A stretch of 64,000 nt of DNA, from the NCBI RefSeq assembly GCF_009914755.1, contig NC_060927.1; one strand, written 5' to 3'. The notes under the pieces are model-generated. The model ran no database searches. It saw only the letters and a list, made by a program, of their open reading frames with translations, and was not told where the DNA came from. A program made the translations under genes and the position numbers. The stretch comes from the human T2T-CHM13v2.0 reference genome, Homo sapiens. Positions 46,561 to 61,373 of this stretch are shown in pieces; positions within the stretch are counted from its first letter, which is position 1; each line of letters starts with the position of its first letter.

Positions 46561-47348
46561 TTTTTAAAACACTGTTAGATGGTTGAAAAAATAACTTAAA
46601 AACATTTCTTTAAATCAACTTAAAACTTCCATCTTTTGTAACATTTGCTATTATTTTGCACAACTTTGGTTTATATTAAGATCCGGCATCATCTCTGAAG
46701 ATGTTTCCTTAAGGATTTTTTTTTTTTTTTTTTTTTTTAACAAAAACATTTAACTAGAATCCAGAGGCAAAGGCTTCAGAAGCATCTTGGCAGTTGAAGG
46801 TTCTGAGTTACTGAGAGACCGAGACCACAGAAGTGAAGTAATTAAAGGGAAGTAGAAAGAAAAGAAACGTCCTGATCCCAGTTCAGGCTGGGAGTGTGGC
46901 TGTGAGGGACTGGGTATTTCCCTCGAGTCTTTCCTGGGGGTTATGTGGGCCTCCCACTGGAGCTGGTCTAACTTCTATCATAGTGGGGCAGGCAGGTGTC
47001 ATCTGTGAAACAAAATACGAAAAAAAGGGGCAGAGATGACTTTGGACAACAAATTATTTGGGATACTTTTGACTACCAGAAAGAAAATAGCATCTGAAAG
47101 TGGCTACGTTAATTTGCGTTTCTGTTTCTTCTAACAAGACATTGGGAAGTTAGGAATTACCGGGTTGGTTCAGCAGGTCCTTAATGCCGTGGTCCTGGGG
47201 CATTATGTCTCTGCAGTTTTTGACCCTTCTCCCCGCCCCCACCCCCCCGGTTTAAACATGGCTCCTACAGCTCCAAGCTTATATCCCAACGCAGGAATGC
47301 CCAAAGATGGAAGGAAGGAGGAGAGGATAAACATGCTCTACTTGCTCA

Positions 47349-47726
47349 TCTCTCTCTCTTTCTCTTTGTTTCTCTCCCCTTCCTTCTTCCTCTCTCTCCC
47401 CGCCTCCCTCTCTCTCTTTCTGTACTTCTCTCTCTCTCTTCCTTCCCCCTCCCCTCCCTCCCTCTCTCTCTCTCTCCCTCCTTCTCCCTCTCTCTCCCCA
47501 CTCCCTCTCTCTCTCTCTCTCTCTCTCTCTTCCTCTCTCTCCCTCTCTCTCTCTCCCCCTCCCTCTCTCTCTCTCTTTCTCTCTACCCCCCTCTCTCCCT
47601 CCTCTCTCTCCCTCTCTCTCTCTCCCTTTCCCCCCTCGCCCTCTCTCTCTCCCTTCTCCCTCTCTCTCTTCTCCCCTCTCTTGTGCTCTCTCTCTCTCTC
47701 TCTCTCTCTCGCTCCCTCTCCTCTTT
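47349..47726. repeat. (CT)n-rich polypyrimidine tract of about 380 bp, inside an old MLT1-like LTR (about 47080-47932)
   Basis: Tract directly visible. Flanks carry MLT1K-like motifs ATGGCTCC...CAGCTCCA and CCTAGTTGCAAGGAAGGTTGGG. Confidence 0.9.
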
Positions 47727-50239
47727 AAATCCCAGATACCTCCCTACCGCTGCACGTGTTCACTTATGTTTCATTGGTGGAACAGAATCAGACGACTGTC
47801 CCTAGTTGCAAGGAAGGTTGGGCAAGTGAGTATCTAGCATTTTCCATTTCTCTTGTGGGAAGTGGATGCTGCCTATAGGGCAGAAGGGAGAAGTGCCAGG
47901 CTGCTGTGTTGATAATCAGCAGTGTCAGCCATAGCTAGAGTTTTGAAACTGAAAAGACTTAATGACCACTGCTTTACCCTGTAGTCTTACGAAAAACTGG
48001 CACCAGAAGAGAATCAATGACCTGCCCACACAGCTTGGTGTCAGATCCAAAGTCTGAGTCTACATGTCTACATTTTTTGACTCACGACATAGAACTGAGG
48101 TTGACTATGACTAACATTTGACTTGCATATTACAGCTGGCATAGTGAGGGCTTTGTTCAGCATGTATTAGCTTGCTTAATTTTTGCCTTTGGCGCTGCGG
48201 GGCCTGCAGGCTTCTCAGAGCAGAGGGTGCATCTGCTGCAGCTTCCCATGTCTCCTGCTGAAAGGTAGCCAATCATTTCTTCCTAATTAGCGATCAAACA
48301 TGATTTCAGATAGTCCTTCTCCTAAGATGCCATGGGAGATGTTCCTTGTATCTGTCAGTGGCACTGATCACGTTGTCATTTTTGGCAACTAATTCCCGGA
48401 ATGAATAATAAAATTATAATAATCTTGTACCAGAGGGAGGGTGACCAATTTGTAAACTCCATTAAGAATCGAGCAAAGGATTGTCCTCTAATGAGATAGA
48501 TAGCATCAGGGAGACCATTCATCAAGCCTCTCTGTCACAGATGCACAAAGGGACCCTGGAGGGAGGGGCTCCTGGAATTCGGGCAGACGAGGGCGGGTTG
48601 TCTTGGATGTGCATTTCCATATTGTCATTGATCAGCTGCCGGAGAAGGAATGACAAGCAGAACACCAGAGTTCTCCATTGTAAGGCTCCGGGTGTGTTTA
48701 TGCCACCCTTGATTCATTCCCCACAGGGTGAGAAGCATTACTCACTATTTTCTCATGTGCCAGAAAGAGAAATGGAATCAACGGGCGTATCATCTCCTTG
48801 TTGGAAAATGACAGCTACCTTATTATAAATCCCCAATAAATTGATGGAAGAGCTGTTCAAACTTCATAGATATAAATGTTTCCAGGGATTAATGGGAACT
48901 TATTCCTACAAATGACTTACAGTTCAGGAACCGATCTTTGAATTGAGGTATTGTTTATTTTTCCTCTAGATGTCATGATAAGCAGTGGAGCATAGATGGC
49001 AAAGGTTTTCTATTTACTCCATCCCTGTCCCCCACCACTTTCCCACTTCCTAGGGCCAAACATTTATAGCTTTAGAAATACTAAATTATCCCTACCTTTT
49101 GGAAGAACAGCTTCTTCCTTTTGGAAATCCTTTACAGGAGAATTTAAAATTTGTAAACCTCCTTGTTACCTCTGGGGGAAACCATGGAGATGTAACACTT
49201 ACATTGTAGGACAGAAACAGACCACTGCTCACTATTGTATGTATCTTAAAGAATTAACATTTTATTTCCATAGGTATCTCAGCATTTGTTTTCAACGTCC
49301 TTTGTAACCAGCACATTGAAGCTCTTGCCTGTCATATGGGAGGGGATTGTGCCAACAACAGCTTATTTTCTGAACCACCATGGTCTTCTCTGATGTGGCC
49401 TCTAAGGGTCATCTTGGGACTGTCATTTGGTATTTATATTAGTGTTGATACTCTTAGTGAGTGAGTGCTTTTATAAATGAAACTGAATCTTTTGTCCAGC
49501 ACCAGGAGCATGTGAGTACTTAATAAGTACCAATCAATAGCTTTTGCTGATATTGGAATATAGGCCCATCTACTTCCTGGATGGCTCCACGGGGAAAGAG
49601 GCACTTATAGCTTGTGCTTTATTCTATAGAAGATGCTAAGGGTTGCTTTCTAGATTGTCTTTGTTTGAATCTATGCTGGGCGTGATGTTTACCCATGCAA
49701 TGCCATTCCTGTCTGCCGGAACCTGGTGGGTGTTGGAACTTCAGTGGCTCTTCCACTTGATTTGCTGAACTTCTAGTTTGTTCCAAGAGTCAGCTGGCCA
49801 GGGAGGAGCAGGGTGAAGAGTGTCTCCACGCCTGCCAGCCTTCTAAGTTGCCTGGAGCCCACACCCTGCCGCCTCCCTCGACTTCTAAGAAGTCACAGGG
49901 GGCTTGTGTTCTCCAGGCCACCCCACACTTCAGCTGGCTTTTTCAAAGCTGGCAGATGTCTGGTAACGACTGTCTTCTCACCATTTCTATGGGAATTGAT
50001 TCCTTTCGCCCATCCCCATTCCTGAAGTCCCACTAACACATGGATGGAATGTAGAACAGCATTTTAGTAAATCTGAGGATAAGGGAGAGAGGAGAGCAGA
50101 GAGAACACATTACACCTGAACACTGGACATCACTTTTCTGAACCGTGCCTTGGTTTCCCTTACCAAGGGGAGCCCTCACTAGTGGCCTTTGCTCCTCAGG
50201 TTCTGGGCTCCTGCCATGGCGCAGCCCCCGCTTCTCGTT

Positions 50240-50430
50240 ATTCATTCATTCAACAAATATACATTGTGTATCCACTATGTGCCAGGAGCTGGGCTAATAT
50301 TTAGCATTGATTCTTCACACCAACTCTGTGAAGTAGGTACTATTAATATTCCCATTTTACAGATAAGGAACCAAGAATTCAAGAGATAATAAGTCACTTG
50401 GCCAGTGGCTACTTAGGATTTGGATAATTT
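50240..50430. mobile_element. MIR (with an L2 3' end)
   Basis: TTCATTCATTCAACAAATA; CCCATTTTACAGATAAGGAACC. Confidence 0.75.
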
Positions 50431-50469
50431 TATTCTACTCTCCATATTCCTACTCAGCCACTGTATTAA

Positions 50470-50811
<342 letters not shown>

Positions 50812-51549
50812 CTGCTGTACTATTTTTATTAGGCTAGTTGTAATATAAAACAGGAAGAGAGCACTGTGAAGCAACTGCTTTGAGCAATGGAGATATTCCT
50901 ACCTTGGAAAATGCTTGGATATAGGGCAGTAAATGCAAAACAGATGCCAGCCCTGACACCATGGAGCTTTCAGCCTTCAGTGGAGGAGTGAAGAGGAGAG
51001 GAGACATCCATCGCACAGCACATGCACGTGCACATATACTCGCTGTGATACATGATAATAAGGACAAGGAGGTAGAGAACTGGGTACTGTGAGCAAGATT
51101 AATAGCTTCCCTGCTTCTTCATATTCCTGCATACCTCCCTCTTTTCCCAGGTCACCTAGGAAACTCCAAATCCCTCTCACTCTATTCATTTTTCTGTCTT
51201 TAGTCTCTTTTTTGTTTTGACAGCCTCATTCTAAATCTGTCCCGGGTTTGGGACTCTCACCTTTCCTGCACAAAGACTCCATCAAGATACATCCCCAAAA
51301 AAAGTGCTGTCGCCCCTTATATGAATAGGCTATTCTTCTCCTGTGGGAAAACATCTGGGATTTTTTTTATTTTAAGTTGCACTTTTTCCTTCCTGAAACA
51401 TTTTCTAAATTTTTTTTTCTTCTTTTTCAAAGTGTGGATGTCCAATGTGAGGGTGTGAAAGATGTGTTTAGGTGGGTCCTGGGAGAATATTAACTAGCAC
51501 ATCATATAGTGATGTAGATATTTTCTTCTTTTTATGTATATATCATGTC

Positions 51550-52269
<720 letters not shown>

Positions 52270-52764
52270 TGACACCCATCAGTTACATATTTTCATGTTA
52301 ACAAACATTTTTATGCTACTTATTATGTTCCAGATACTATTCTAAGCACCAATTATAAATTGATAGTCTTAATTGCATCAAGGAGAGAAATCTGAGCTAG
52401 GTGCTGACATGGCTTGTTTATTTCCTTCCTTTAATCCACAGTGAGCAGGCTATAGGCTCAGAAGCTTTGACATCTAGCTAGAACTATAGAACTCTTTTTG
52501 GTTTTGCTTTATTTTAATATCATATTTTAAGGTTATTTTTTACTTATAGCAATTGATTTAGTTTCTTTTTAAAATCTAAGTAGCTTTATTTTTAATGTTA
52601 TATGTAATCAAACATAAATATATAGGGTGGGTGGTGCCTGGGTATGGTAAAATAATGTAGCTGGTGGCACTGACTAAGGTTTGGATGCCCTGCTAAGGTG
52701 TGCGTCAGCAGAGACTATGGTAGGCAGGCTGATGTCATTTACAAGGACAAGGGATAGGATGGGG

Positions 52765-52965
52765 GATTCGAGTCAGACCGGTTTGAATCCAGGCTTTGCC
52801 ACCTCTTGTGCACATGGCCTTGGTCAAGTCTGTCTTCTTGCTGAACCTCGGTTTCCTCTCCCACCAAATGCTGATAAACACTGACGGCTGTACAGATACA
52901 ATGAGAGAACACTTGAGAAAATTCCTAGTGTGCTGTCTGGCAAGTAGTTGGTGTAAAACAAATGT
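52765..52965. mobile_element. MIR
   Basis: GAGTCAGACCGGTTTGAATCCAGGCTTTGCCAC...CCTTGGTCAAGTC...CCTCGGTTTCCTC. Confidence 0.8.
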
Positions 52966-54079
52966 TTGTTTTTAAGTTGGAAGTGCAACATTTTATTGAA
53001 TTAAGAAAGAATCATTTAAAAAAATGAACTGATAACTAGGTAATCCGTGATGAACAAGACAGGCAGGGCCCTGTGCTTATGAAGGTTTAATGCCGTCAAA
53101 GCACGTTTTACAAACACGCCTGATGTCAGGGTGGTGAGCAGCGCTGGGAGAGAGGAGTTGGCACTCTGGGTGGGTTTGATGAGCAGCCCTCATATTTCCT
53201 GGAAAATCAAAAAGATTGACTAGAATGACACCATCAAGAAATGTGTAAACTGAGACCTGAAAAATGTTTAGGTGTTTCCCAGGCAAAGAGGAGAGGGGAG
53301 AAACAATATTCTAGACAATGAGCCTACTCTCACTTCTAATCAGGAATTTCACACTGACCGCCGTGCACAGAGCAGGTCAACTCATCCCATAAGCAAGCTT
53401 GGTTTATGGCACCCACCAAAGGGTCTCATCTGTCCCCAGGTCTCAGGCAGTCCTTTTTATAGTGGTGATCTTTTTTCCTGTTTTATATTACAACCAAGGC
53501 CATTCTTTTTCCAAACTGCCTGGCAGCTGTACGAGTTTTATGGATACTTGGGTTTCTAGAAATAAGCCTTGGTTCCAAGTCCTCAATTTCTCCATCTCCA
53601 CTGGCCTATTACTCACCATTTCCTCATCTCCTAAAGACACTTCCTTTTTCTTAAAATGAGAATTAATTGTGCTCTGTGATTACTGTTTTTATTTTTCTCC
53701 AAAGAGTCTTATTTGATGGGGTCAGTAAGACCAGATTGAATGCTTTATTAGATGGCATTTCCCTTTATAGCATATTTTTGGCTCATTTTGAAAGAAGGGT
53801 CTACTCCATGGTTCACCACAATGTACCTTGTAGAGAAGAGTATGTCAGAAGCCAGGCCGGAATTATGATTGGGAGTATTAATATGTTCCTGTTTACTGGC
53901 TTTGAAAAAAAATCACTGTTCATGTCTTCATGCACCTTGACCAGTAAGGGATGGTTTCCTTAGCTTTCTGTATCTCCCTTGCTTGTTGTTCCAAGCCAAG
54001 GACTCTGGTTATGCAAGTTTGCATTTCTGCTTTCATTGCTCTAAAAACAGCTCCAGTTTTATCCAGTCTATTCTTATCT

Positions 54080-54540
54080 CTTGCTACTTACTGGCATGCT
54101 AAGCATATACTATAGCAAACTTCTTTTTGTTTCTTGAATAATCCTTATTCCTGCTCTTGTTCCTTCATTTGCTCATGAGGTGCTGTTTCTGAAAATTCTC
54201 CTCTACCTGAAACACTGATCACCACCCCCAATTCACCAGGACTGCTCTTTGTGGTCTGAGCTGATGTAGAACTTCTGGGAAGCTCTGTCTCAAAATGCAA
54301 GATGACATTGGGGCCTCTTCCATCTACATATGCTCATACAAGACTCTGTGATTCTTCTGTCTGCGCACTTGTTGCAACAGATTTTATTTGCCCGATTTCT
54401 TGTTAGTTTGCCCTTCACTCTACTGAGGTTGAGAGCAAGCCATCGTGTTCACAGCTATATCCTCTGTGTCTAGCAAAATCCCTACACCTTATCAGTATTC
54501 AACAATGTTTAAATAAATGAATGAATGAAGTGATAAATGA
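54080..54540 (+). mobile_element. L2 3' fragment
   Basis: Ends AATAAATGAATGAATGAA, preceded by TGTTCACAGCTATATCC. Confidence 0.6.
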
Positions 54541-54859
54541 GTAAAGCCAGTGTTAGCATATGGGCTTGCTTTTGAATTCAAAATCATTAAAAGTCAATAT
54601 TTTTCTCCCAGTCCCTTGCTATATTTCCTTAACTTCACCCAAGACATACCCTTGTTAAAAATACATTAAGATCAAATGTTAGCTTCGGTTTCACATCATC
54701 TCTGTTGCTCAAGGCAGTCCCTTTACAGCGGTATCTTTCTTCCTATTTTACATTACAACTAGCCTAATAAAAATAGTACAGCAGGAGCCATTTTCTAATA
54801 GAAAGACTCCAACCGATTAATTCAATGGCTGAAGTAGGAATACCGAGAGTAGAATAAAA

Positions 54860-55000
54860 TTATTCGAATCCTATCTAGCCACTGGCCAAGTGACTTATTA
54901 CCACTTGAATTCTTGGTTCCTCATCTGTAAAATGGGAATATTAATAGTACCTACTTCACAGAGTTGGTGTGAAGAATCAATGCTATCTATTTGAATGAAG
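54860..55000. mobile_element. MIR
   Basis: CCTCATCTGTAAAATGGGAATATTAATAGTACCTAC. Confidence 0.8.
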
Positions 55001-56175
55001 CATTAATAAAATAGACAAAGGTGACTGTAAAAATGACAGTCAGAGCAATGGCTTTTCTCGGCAGCCTGTGTTATACTGTAAATAAAAAGCTCAAATTAAT
55101 TTCAGATAACTACAATACAAGGCCAGGCAGTGGGTAAGTACAGAATAAATAGTGGCTGCTATGGTAATGTGCATTCATATTGGTTTATGAATACGCTTCT
55201 ATGTTTGCCTCAACCCAAGGCATCAGGGAAAATGCAAGCGTGTTCTCAACTTCCGAGGGTGATAGAAAAAGGAACAGCAGCCCCCACTGCCGTCTCGAGT
55301 AGTCCTTGTCAAAGGACATTGCCAGCAAGTCTCAGATCCACCTCCTCGTCACCACCATCTCTTTTGCTCTTGCTCATGGCAACTGCAGTGACCAAGCTCA
55401 CCCTGTCACAGGGAGGATGGTGACAGGTGGCAAATGACTGTGAAGAAAAACTCTTGGGTAGAGGATGAAGATTAACACGTGCTTTACACATTTCCCTGGA
55501 GACACACGTCATCAGAGAGTTTCAGCCAACTGACATTATTCGTGATCTAGCATGAAAAATTGGGACTGAAGCCACTTTGGGCTTTGAAATTAATTTGCAC
55601 TTTTTACTTTCTTTTGCAAGTTTAAGATTCTGGACCACTTTGGGGATGTCGTTAAACTAAGTGCTAGCCTCTTTCACCCCCAAGGCAGTCATCACAGCCA
55701 ATCAAGTTGTTTTGGGTAATTAAGTACTATTGACATAGTTTTGGAAATCACTTTTAGACTTAATAATAGGGTTTTATGCTTAATTTTCATGGAACTGGGC
55801 TCACATTAGCATTTGCTTCTTCTGTTCAAAATGTTCTGCCTGGAAGTAAAGGATAGTGTACCTGGAGTGTTTTCCCTGCCTCTGTAGAAGAGTGTTCCCG
55901 GAGTTCCTGGGATTTGCTCTCTATTGGATTAACAATAAATCTGCAATTTATAAAACTTTATAACAATCACAATAATGTGAATAAAAAGATGAGGAAAGCT
56001 GTTTTAGCATGCATATTTATATATCAATCTATATATATACACATGTATATTATTGTGATTATATGAAATGTGTATATGTGCATATGTAATGATATATGTG
56101 CATATACCTGGATATATACACATACACACATTTATAGGCAGAATTGTAACTCAGTGCTTTAAAACAGTTGTCACC

Positions 56176-56483
56176 GGCTGGGTGCAGTGGCTCACGCCTG
56201 TAATCCCAGCACTTTGGGAGGCTGAGGGGGGCAGATCACGAGGTCAAGAGATCGAGATCATCTTGGCCAACATGGTGAAACCCTGTCTCTACTAAAAATA
56301 CAAAAATTAGCTGGGCATGGTGGCTTGTGCCTGTAATCCCAGTTACTCAGGAGTCTGAGGCAGGAGAATCGCTTGAAATTGGGAGGCGGAGGTAACCATG
56401 AGCTGAGATCCGTGTCACTGCACTCCAGCCTGGTGACAGAGCGAGATTCTGTCTTAAAAAAACAAACAAACAAAAACCAAAAA
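56176..56483 (+). mobile_element. AluSc-like
   Basis: TSD AAAACAGTTGTCACC at 56161 and 56484. Confidence 0.96.
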
Positions 56484-56984
56484 AAAACAGTTGTCACCTG
56501 CCAAGACATATAAATGACCTACATCAACTCTCTCAACTTGTAAATTATGTGTGGGACTGATAGTAATGCAAATATGACCAGCTATTTTGACCTCTCCCCT
56601 TCTGTCCTAGTTGATGGATCAGTCTGTCATGACATCACCCACTAGGCATTCACAGCTTTGCAAATATTCCATCACTGTGTTCTGTGTGCAAATTACAATG
56701 GTGCAATTTTAAAATTGAATTATTGTCAGGACTTCCAGATATGGCTGAGTAAGGAAGTCAGTTAATTCTTTCTTCCAAAAATGGGAAAAATGGACAAAAA
56801 CAACCCTTTCAGTGTTCTGGAAATTAATGAATGGCATACAACAATCTGAGAAGCATTCATGCTTAAACAACTGCTGAAATTCAGGTAAGAACAGTGGTAG
56901 TCTGTAGCGTTCTGGTCTGGAATAGAGTTGCTCCCCTTCTCTGCTCAGTTGGGTTGGCGTGTGCTGCCACAGTCAAAGGGAGGC

Positions 56985-57519
56985 TGTATTAGCATTTTCA
57001 GAGGAACAGCCACACACACACACACAGAGCCATATTCTATTGGTTATTTTTGTATATTTAGGTATCAGTGTATATCTAGAATGAGATTTATGATAAGGAG
57101 CTGGCTTACACAAGTATAGAGGTTAGGAAATTCTATGATTTGCCATCTGCAAGCTCCAGACCCAGGAAAGTCAGTGGTGCAACTTGAAGTCCTGAGAGCC
57201 ATGGCTGATGGTGTAGATCCCAGTCAGCATCTGAAGGCCCGAGAATAAGGAGCACTGTAGGCAGGAGATATTGATGTCTCAGCTTAAGCCATCGGATAGA
57301 GTGAAATTCAACCTTCTGCCTTTTTGTTCTATTCAGGCCTTTGGTGGATTGGATGACACCCACTACTTTGAGGAGAGTCATCTCCTCTACTCAGTTCACC
57401 AATTCAGATGCTAATCTTTTCCAGAAACACCCTCACAGACATACATTGAAGTAATATTTTACCAGGTATCTGGGCATCCCGTGGCCAAGTCAAGTTGACA
57501 CATGAAACTGACCATCACA
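56985..57519 (-). mobile_element. ERVL solo LTR (MLT2-type) inserted in the L1 5' UTR
   Basis: TGTATTAG...GTCAAGTTGACACATGAAACTGACCATCACA. Perfect 5-bp TSD GAGGC. Confidence 0.88.
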
Positions 57520-58865
57520 GAGGCCTGCTTGATTTGGAACAGTGGGTGATGCAGGGGTGTTATTTGTGAAAGTGATGATCTTGGTGGCCAGCAAGTGGGA
57601 GAGGGCAAATAGCTCTAGTAGCCTGAGTTTTCATTCATGTTTGGGGTAAGATGTTCATGGCTGAGGCTGTGCACATTCACAGTAGAGACAGGAGAGAGCC
57701 TAAGCTGTTCATATACTCCTGGCCAACCCTGAAACTTTGCACATATCCACAGACTCAAAAGGGCCTAGCAGGAAGTAAAAGTAGGAATAGATTTGAGAGT
57801 AGCCTAAACTTTGAATGTCTACTACTCTCTACCATAATCAGAGGATGGTAGATGCACTGGTTCAGACATTGGAGCACAATCTCTTTCCAACTATTAGCTG
57901 ACTACTAAGCTGTACTCATGCAGGAGCAACTCAAACCTGAGCAGGGACATCAGTGACTATATACTAAAGTTTATAAGTTTAGTATATAGTTTCTAAGTAT
58001 ATAGTTTCTATGTTTCTGTTTCTAAGTAATTAAAACAGACAAAACAGCAACAATAAAGCCATCAGAGGGGGAAAATCAGAATCCAGAGTTGTTACCGCCT
58101 ATTATCTAAAATGTTCAGTTTTCAACAAAATATTATGAGACATGCAAAGAAACAGGAAAGTATTTTTAGAAGGAAACACAGTTAATAGAAACTGTCTCTC
58201 AGTGTCCCCAGAGGTTGGATTTAGTGCACAAAAATTTCAAAGAAGCTATTATAAATACACTCAAAGAACTAAAGGAAACCATGTTTAAAGAATTAAAGGA
58301 AGGTATGACATCAATGAATCCACGAATAGGGAGTCTCGATAATGGGACAGCAATTACCAAAAAGAGTCACGTGGAAATTCTCAAGTTGAGTGTAATAAAT
58401 AAAATGAATAATTCACTGGAGGGGCTCAATAGCAGATTCAAGATGTCAGAAGAAAGGATCAGTGAACTTAAAAATAGATCAATAAAAATTAATGAGAGAA
58501 AACAAGAATAAAGAAAATATGAACAGAGCCTCAGAGAACATGGAACATTAAATATACTGACATATATTTAGAATGGAATTAATGAAAGTCCCAAAATAAA
58601 GAATACAGAGAAGGGGTTGGAAAAGATATTTGAATGAGTCATGACTGAAAACTTGCAAAATTGATTTTATTTATTTTTAAATTTTTTGTGGGTACATAGT
58701 AGGTGTTTATGGGTACATGAAATGTTTTGATACAGGTATGCAAAGTGAAATAAGCACATCATGGAAGATGGGGTATCTATCCTCCCAAGCATTTATCCTT
58801 TGAGTTACAAACAATCCAATTACATTCTTTAAGTTATTTAAAAAATGAACAATTAAGTTATTATT

Positions 58866-59161
58866 TTATTATTATTATTGTGAGGCAGGATTTTACTCTG
58901 TCATGCAGGCTGGAGTCTAGTGGTAAATTTTTGTTCACTGTAACCTTTGCCTCCCAGGCTCAAGTGATCTCCCCACCTCAGCTTCCTAAGTAGCTGAGAC
59001 CACAGGAACATGCCACCACACCCTACTACTTTTTGTATTTTTTGTAGAAATGAGGTTTCTCCATGTTGGCCAGGTTGGTCTTGAACTCCCAGGCTCAAGT
59101 GATCTGCCTGCCTTGGCCTCCCAAAGTGCTGGGATTACAGGTGTGAGCATCTGTGCCTGAC
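58866..59161 (-). mobile_element. AluJ-like inside the chimera's L1 3' UTR
   Basis: TSD CAATTAA(G/A)TTATTATT. Confidence 0.92.
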
Positions 59162-59739
59162 CAATTAAATTATTATTGACTATAGTCAGCCTATTGTACC
59201 ATCAAATAGTAGGTCTTATTCATTTTTTCTATTTTTTTTTGTACCCATTAACCATGCCCACCTCTTGCTTCAGTTACCCACTACCCTTCCCAGCCTCTGG
59301 TAACAACCATCCTTCTACTCTTTATGTCCATGAGTTTAGTTGTTTTGATTTTAGATCCCACAAATAAATAAAAACATACAATGTTTGTCTTTCTGTGCCT
59401 GGCTTATTTCACTTAACATAATGATCTCCATTTCCATTCATGTTGTTGCACATGACTAGATCTCATTCTTTTTATGGCTGAATAGTAGATGTACCATTGT
59501 GTAGATGTACCATGTTTTCTTTATCCACTCATCTGTTGATGAACACTTGGGTTGCTTCCACATCTTAGCTATTGATTCTTCCAATCCATGAACTTGGAAT
59601 ATTTTTTCATTTTTTGGTGTCCTCTTCAATTCTTTCATCAGTATCTTATAGTTTTCATTATACAGATCTTTAACTTCATTGGTTAATTCCTAGGTATTTT
59701 ATTTTATGTGTGGCTATTGTAAAAGGGATTGCTTTTTAA

Positions 59740-60458
<719 letters not shown>

Positions 60459-60730
60459 TTTTGAGAGTTTTTATCAGGAAGGGATGTTGAATTTTTATCA
60501 AATGGCTTTTCAGCATCAATTGAAATCATCACATGGTTTTTATCCTTCATTTTCTTGATATAATGTATCAGATTGATTGATTTGAGCATGTTGAACCACC
60601 TTTGCATCCCAGGGATAAATCCCACTTGGTCTTGATGAATGATCTCTCTAACGTATCATTGAATTTAGTTCGCTAGTATTTTGTTGAGGATTTTTGCATC
60701 AATATTCATCAGATATATTGGCCTGTAGTC

Positions 60731-61052
60731 TTTGTCGTTGTTGTTTTTATTGTTGTTGTGTTTTGAGACGTAGTCTCTGTCGCCCAGGCTGGAGTGCACT
60801 GGTGCAATCTTGGCTCACTGCAACCTCTGCCTCCCAGGTTCAAGGATTCTCCTGCCTCAGCCTCCCGAGTAGGTGGGATTACAGGCCCGTGCCACCACAC
60901 CTGGCTAATTTTTTCGTATTTTTAGTAGAGATGGGGTTTTACCATGTTGGCCAGGCTGGTCTCGAACTCCTGACCTCAGGTGATCCACCCGCCTCAGCCT
61001 CCCAAAGTGCTGAGATTACAGATGAGGGCCACTGTGAGCCACCGTGCATGGC
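60731..61052 (-). mobile_element. AluSx-like inside the chimera's L1
   Basis: Dimer with a (TTG)n-type tail. Confidence 0.93.
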
Positions 61053-61265
61053 TAGTTTTCATTTTTTTGATGTGTCTTTGTCTGGTTTTGTATCAGGGTA
61101 ATACTGGCCTCAGATTGAGTTTGGAAGTATTCCTTCCTCCTCTATTTTTTGGAATAGTTTGAGTAGGATAGCTATTAATTCTTCTTTAAACCTTTGGTAA
61201 AATTTAGAAGTGAAACCATCAGGTCTTGGGCTTTTCTTGACTGGGAGATTTTTTTTTATGGCTTC

Positions 61266-61373
61266 AAAAATATGGAACACTTCACGAATTTGTGTGTCGT
61301 CCTTGCATAGGGGCCATGCTAATCTTCCCTGTATCATCCCAAATTTTAGTATATGTGCTACTGAAGTGAGCGC
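61266..61373 (-). pseudogene. Full-length U6 snRNA retrocopy (RNU6 pseudogene), forming the 5' part of a U6-L1 chimera
   Basis: The reverse complement reads GCGCTCACTTCAGTAGCACATATACTAAAATTTGGGATGATACAGGGAAGATTAGCATGGCCCCTATGCAAGGACGACACACAAATTCGTGAAGTGTTCCATATTTTT. That is about 12 substitutions plus 1 insertion versus U6. The ACAGAGA box is mutated to ACAGGGA. The upstream flank is L1 sequence, not a PSE/TATA promoter. Confidence 0.97.

Noticed and set aside
47165-47728. 187-aa Ser/Leu/Pro-rich ORF
   Set aside because: Translation of the (CT)n tract, which lacks stop codons.
61266-61373. Functional U6 snRNA gene
   Set aside because: ACAGAGA box mutated, CpG decay throughout, no upstream PSE/TATA, and fused to L1.
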